Source: Azolla caroliniana
Taxonomy: Eukaryota > Plantae > Polypodiophyta
Reading direction: 5' to 3'
Length of the DNA: 64,000 nt
Assembly: GCA_043228905.1 (NCBI GenBank)
Contig: JBHGNT010000020.1
Span: forward strand, 7,502,001 to 7,566,000
Shown here: piece after piece, positions 62,019 through 64,000 of the stretch
Layout of the letters: each line of letters begins with the position of its first letter
How positions within the stretch are numbered: position 1 is the first letter of the stretch
The notes under the pieces: generated by a model
The model's input: the letters and a program-made list of their open reading frames with translations, nothing else
Database searches by the model: none
What the model was told of the DNA's origin: nothing
Translations under genes and position numbers: made by a program

Positions 62019-64000
62019 GAGTAGAACGGAATTGCAGAATGCATGAATCGGACGATTCAAGAACACGCAGTATCCATGCTCCAACACTCCGTACTGTCGG
62101 ATGGCTTTTGGGCGGAGGCTCTACTTACAGCAGTACACATAATAAATATGTCGGCAAGTAAACCTCGAGGACTTCAAATACCTCAGGAAATATGGACCGG
62201 TAGTAAGCCGAATTATGACAAGCTGAGGATCGTCGGTTGCGAGGCATACGCCCTCATACCGAAAGAAGATCGCCGGAAACTCAAACTAAGATCAAGGAAA
62301 TCCGTTTTCCTTGGGTATGGACCCGACGACGAGATCAGATACCGACTCTAGGACCCTAAGCACAGACAAATCGTCTGAAGTTCGGCTATGCATAAAACGG
62401 TTGAAAGGCCTATTGAAGTTCGAAGGGTAATATTTTCCGAAGTGTCAACCCTTCATGAAGGCCCAGCCCACAACACGAGATCGGTTTCACAGGTAACCGA
62501 CACCTCCCGCACTGAATCCACCGATTCAGCACAGCCGAGTGGCTCGGCTTCCGACCATCCGACGTCGACACCCGGTGCGACTAGTCCAGTCATACCTCGC
62601 CGGGAATCTTCTTCACCGACGCCGGTGAACCCACGTCTTACGAAGAAGCATCGGCATCCGCTGACTCAACCACCTGGCATCTGGCGATGGAGTCGAAAAT
62701 GCACTCCATTCGCGCAAACAAGACTTGGGACTTGGTCGAATTACCGAAGAATCGACATGCTCTTCCGTGTAAGTGGGTCTATCAACTAAAAGAGACGTCC
62801 GACTCGACCACCCCAAAGTACAAGGCCAAATTAGTTTCGAAGAGATTTTGACAAGAATATGGTGTCGACTTCAACGAAATCTTTTCACCAATGGTGAAAA
62901 TAACAACCCTTCGTTTCATGTTCGGCGTCGTGGCCGCCGACAACTTGGAGCTGATTCAACTAGATGTAAAAACGACATTCCTCCATGGTGACCTACAGGA
63001 GGAAATCTATATGGAGCAGCCGAAAGGCTTTGTGGCATCCGGCTAGGAACATCTAGTCTGCCGACTCAGGAAGAGTCTCTACGGCCTGAAACAGGCACCC
63101 CGACAGTGGTACAAGAAGTTCAACGACTTCATCCAGTCGGTCGGCTTCTCCAAGAGCAATGAGGACCACTGTCTCTTCACCAAAACAGCTCAAGACGGGT
63201 CTCCCGTCTTCCTCATCATTTACATGGACAACAGGCTCCTCTCCAGCCGACATGCCGAAGAGCTCACTGAACTCGTTCGGAAACTGCGGTTGAAGTTTGC
63301 CATGAAGAACCTCGGTCCGACAAGACACATACTCGGTATGAAGATTAGTCGGCATCGCGATAAACGACAACTTTTCTTGTCTCAAACCGATTACATCGGA
63401 CGTGTCTTGGAACGCTTCAACATGCACTCGGCCAAGTCTGCTTCGACCCCGCTTCACATTAACCTTCGGCTTTCTCAGCAAGACTGCCCAACATCCGGTC
63501 TGGAGGGGGTTAGATATGAAGTCGGTACCGTATGCACCGGAAGTCGGCCCCCTTATGTACGCGATGGTTGCGACACGGCCTGATATTTCTCACGTCGTAG
63601 GAGTCGTCAGCAGATTCATGCACAACCCAGGCCGATTGCACTGGAACGCAGTCAAGCATTTGTTTAAATATCTAGCTGGCACAAAAGACCACGGCATCCT
63701 GTTTGGCCCGAACCCAACCTCAGGCGTAGTCGGTTACACCGACTCGAACTTCGCCAGTTGTGTGGACAGTCGGAAATCAACAACTGGAAATTGCTTCAAA
63801 TTCGGCAACGAAACAATCTCGTGGAAGTCGAAACTCCAGGAGTGCACAGCCACCTCAACGACCGAAGCAGAATATGAAGCCGTGTCCGACGCGGCAAAAG
63901 AAGCCTTATGGCTCGGTCGCCTGGCGCACACGTTTCGACAAGTCGACTCCGACTCGGCTCCAGTTGTCTACAGCAACAGTCAGGGTGTTGTTGCTTTGTC
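62019..64000 (+). pseudogene. D integrase end, RT and RNase H segment
   Basis: MNRTIQE, QLDVKTTFLHG, IYMDN and YTDSN motifs, frameshifted. Confidence 0.88.

Larger units (their letters stand above)
43605..64000 (+). mobile_element. Ty1/copia element D, host of B2 and G2, running off the window
   Basis: 5' LTR ~43605-43929, PBS TGGTATGAGAGC at 43932-43943, ~600-bp leader, coding pieces 44535-45825, 51319-51806 and 62019-64000. Confidence 0.9.

Overview
Eukaryotic, plant-type heterochromatin, most likely from a non-seed plant such as a bryophyte (inferred from the element types). No intact host gene is visible. The window is almost entirely nested transposons. Ty1/copia: A1, A2, fragment A3, B1, B2 and D. 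Ty3/gypsy: Tcn1-like chromovirus T, LPQG-type C, and Athila/Phygy-like G1 and G2, which carry a large extra ORF. There are also three solo LTRs and decayed TIR DNA transposons carrying Ulp1-like (C48) protease pseudogenes. G2 (51807-62013) is very young, with identical LTRs, a GTCTG TSD and one in-frame stop. Main finding: G1 and G2 have no polypurine tract. In its place, 2 nt before the 3' LTR, is a copy of the 3' half of a tRNA (resembling tRNA-Arg(UCU), ending in CCA). This amounts to an antisense second primer-binding site and suggests plus-strand synthesis primed by a second tRNA. Also notable: tRNA-like Pol III cassettes inside the LTRs of two unrelated gypsy families, a self-priming signature in T, 4-bp RCGT target sites for C, and a conserved basic extension after RNase H in the copia A family. 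Family names and tRNA identities come from recalled motifs, not database searches.
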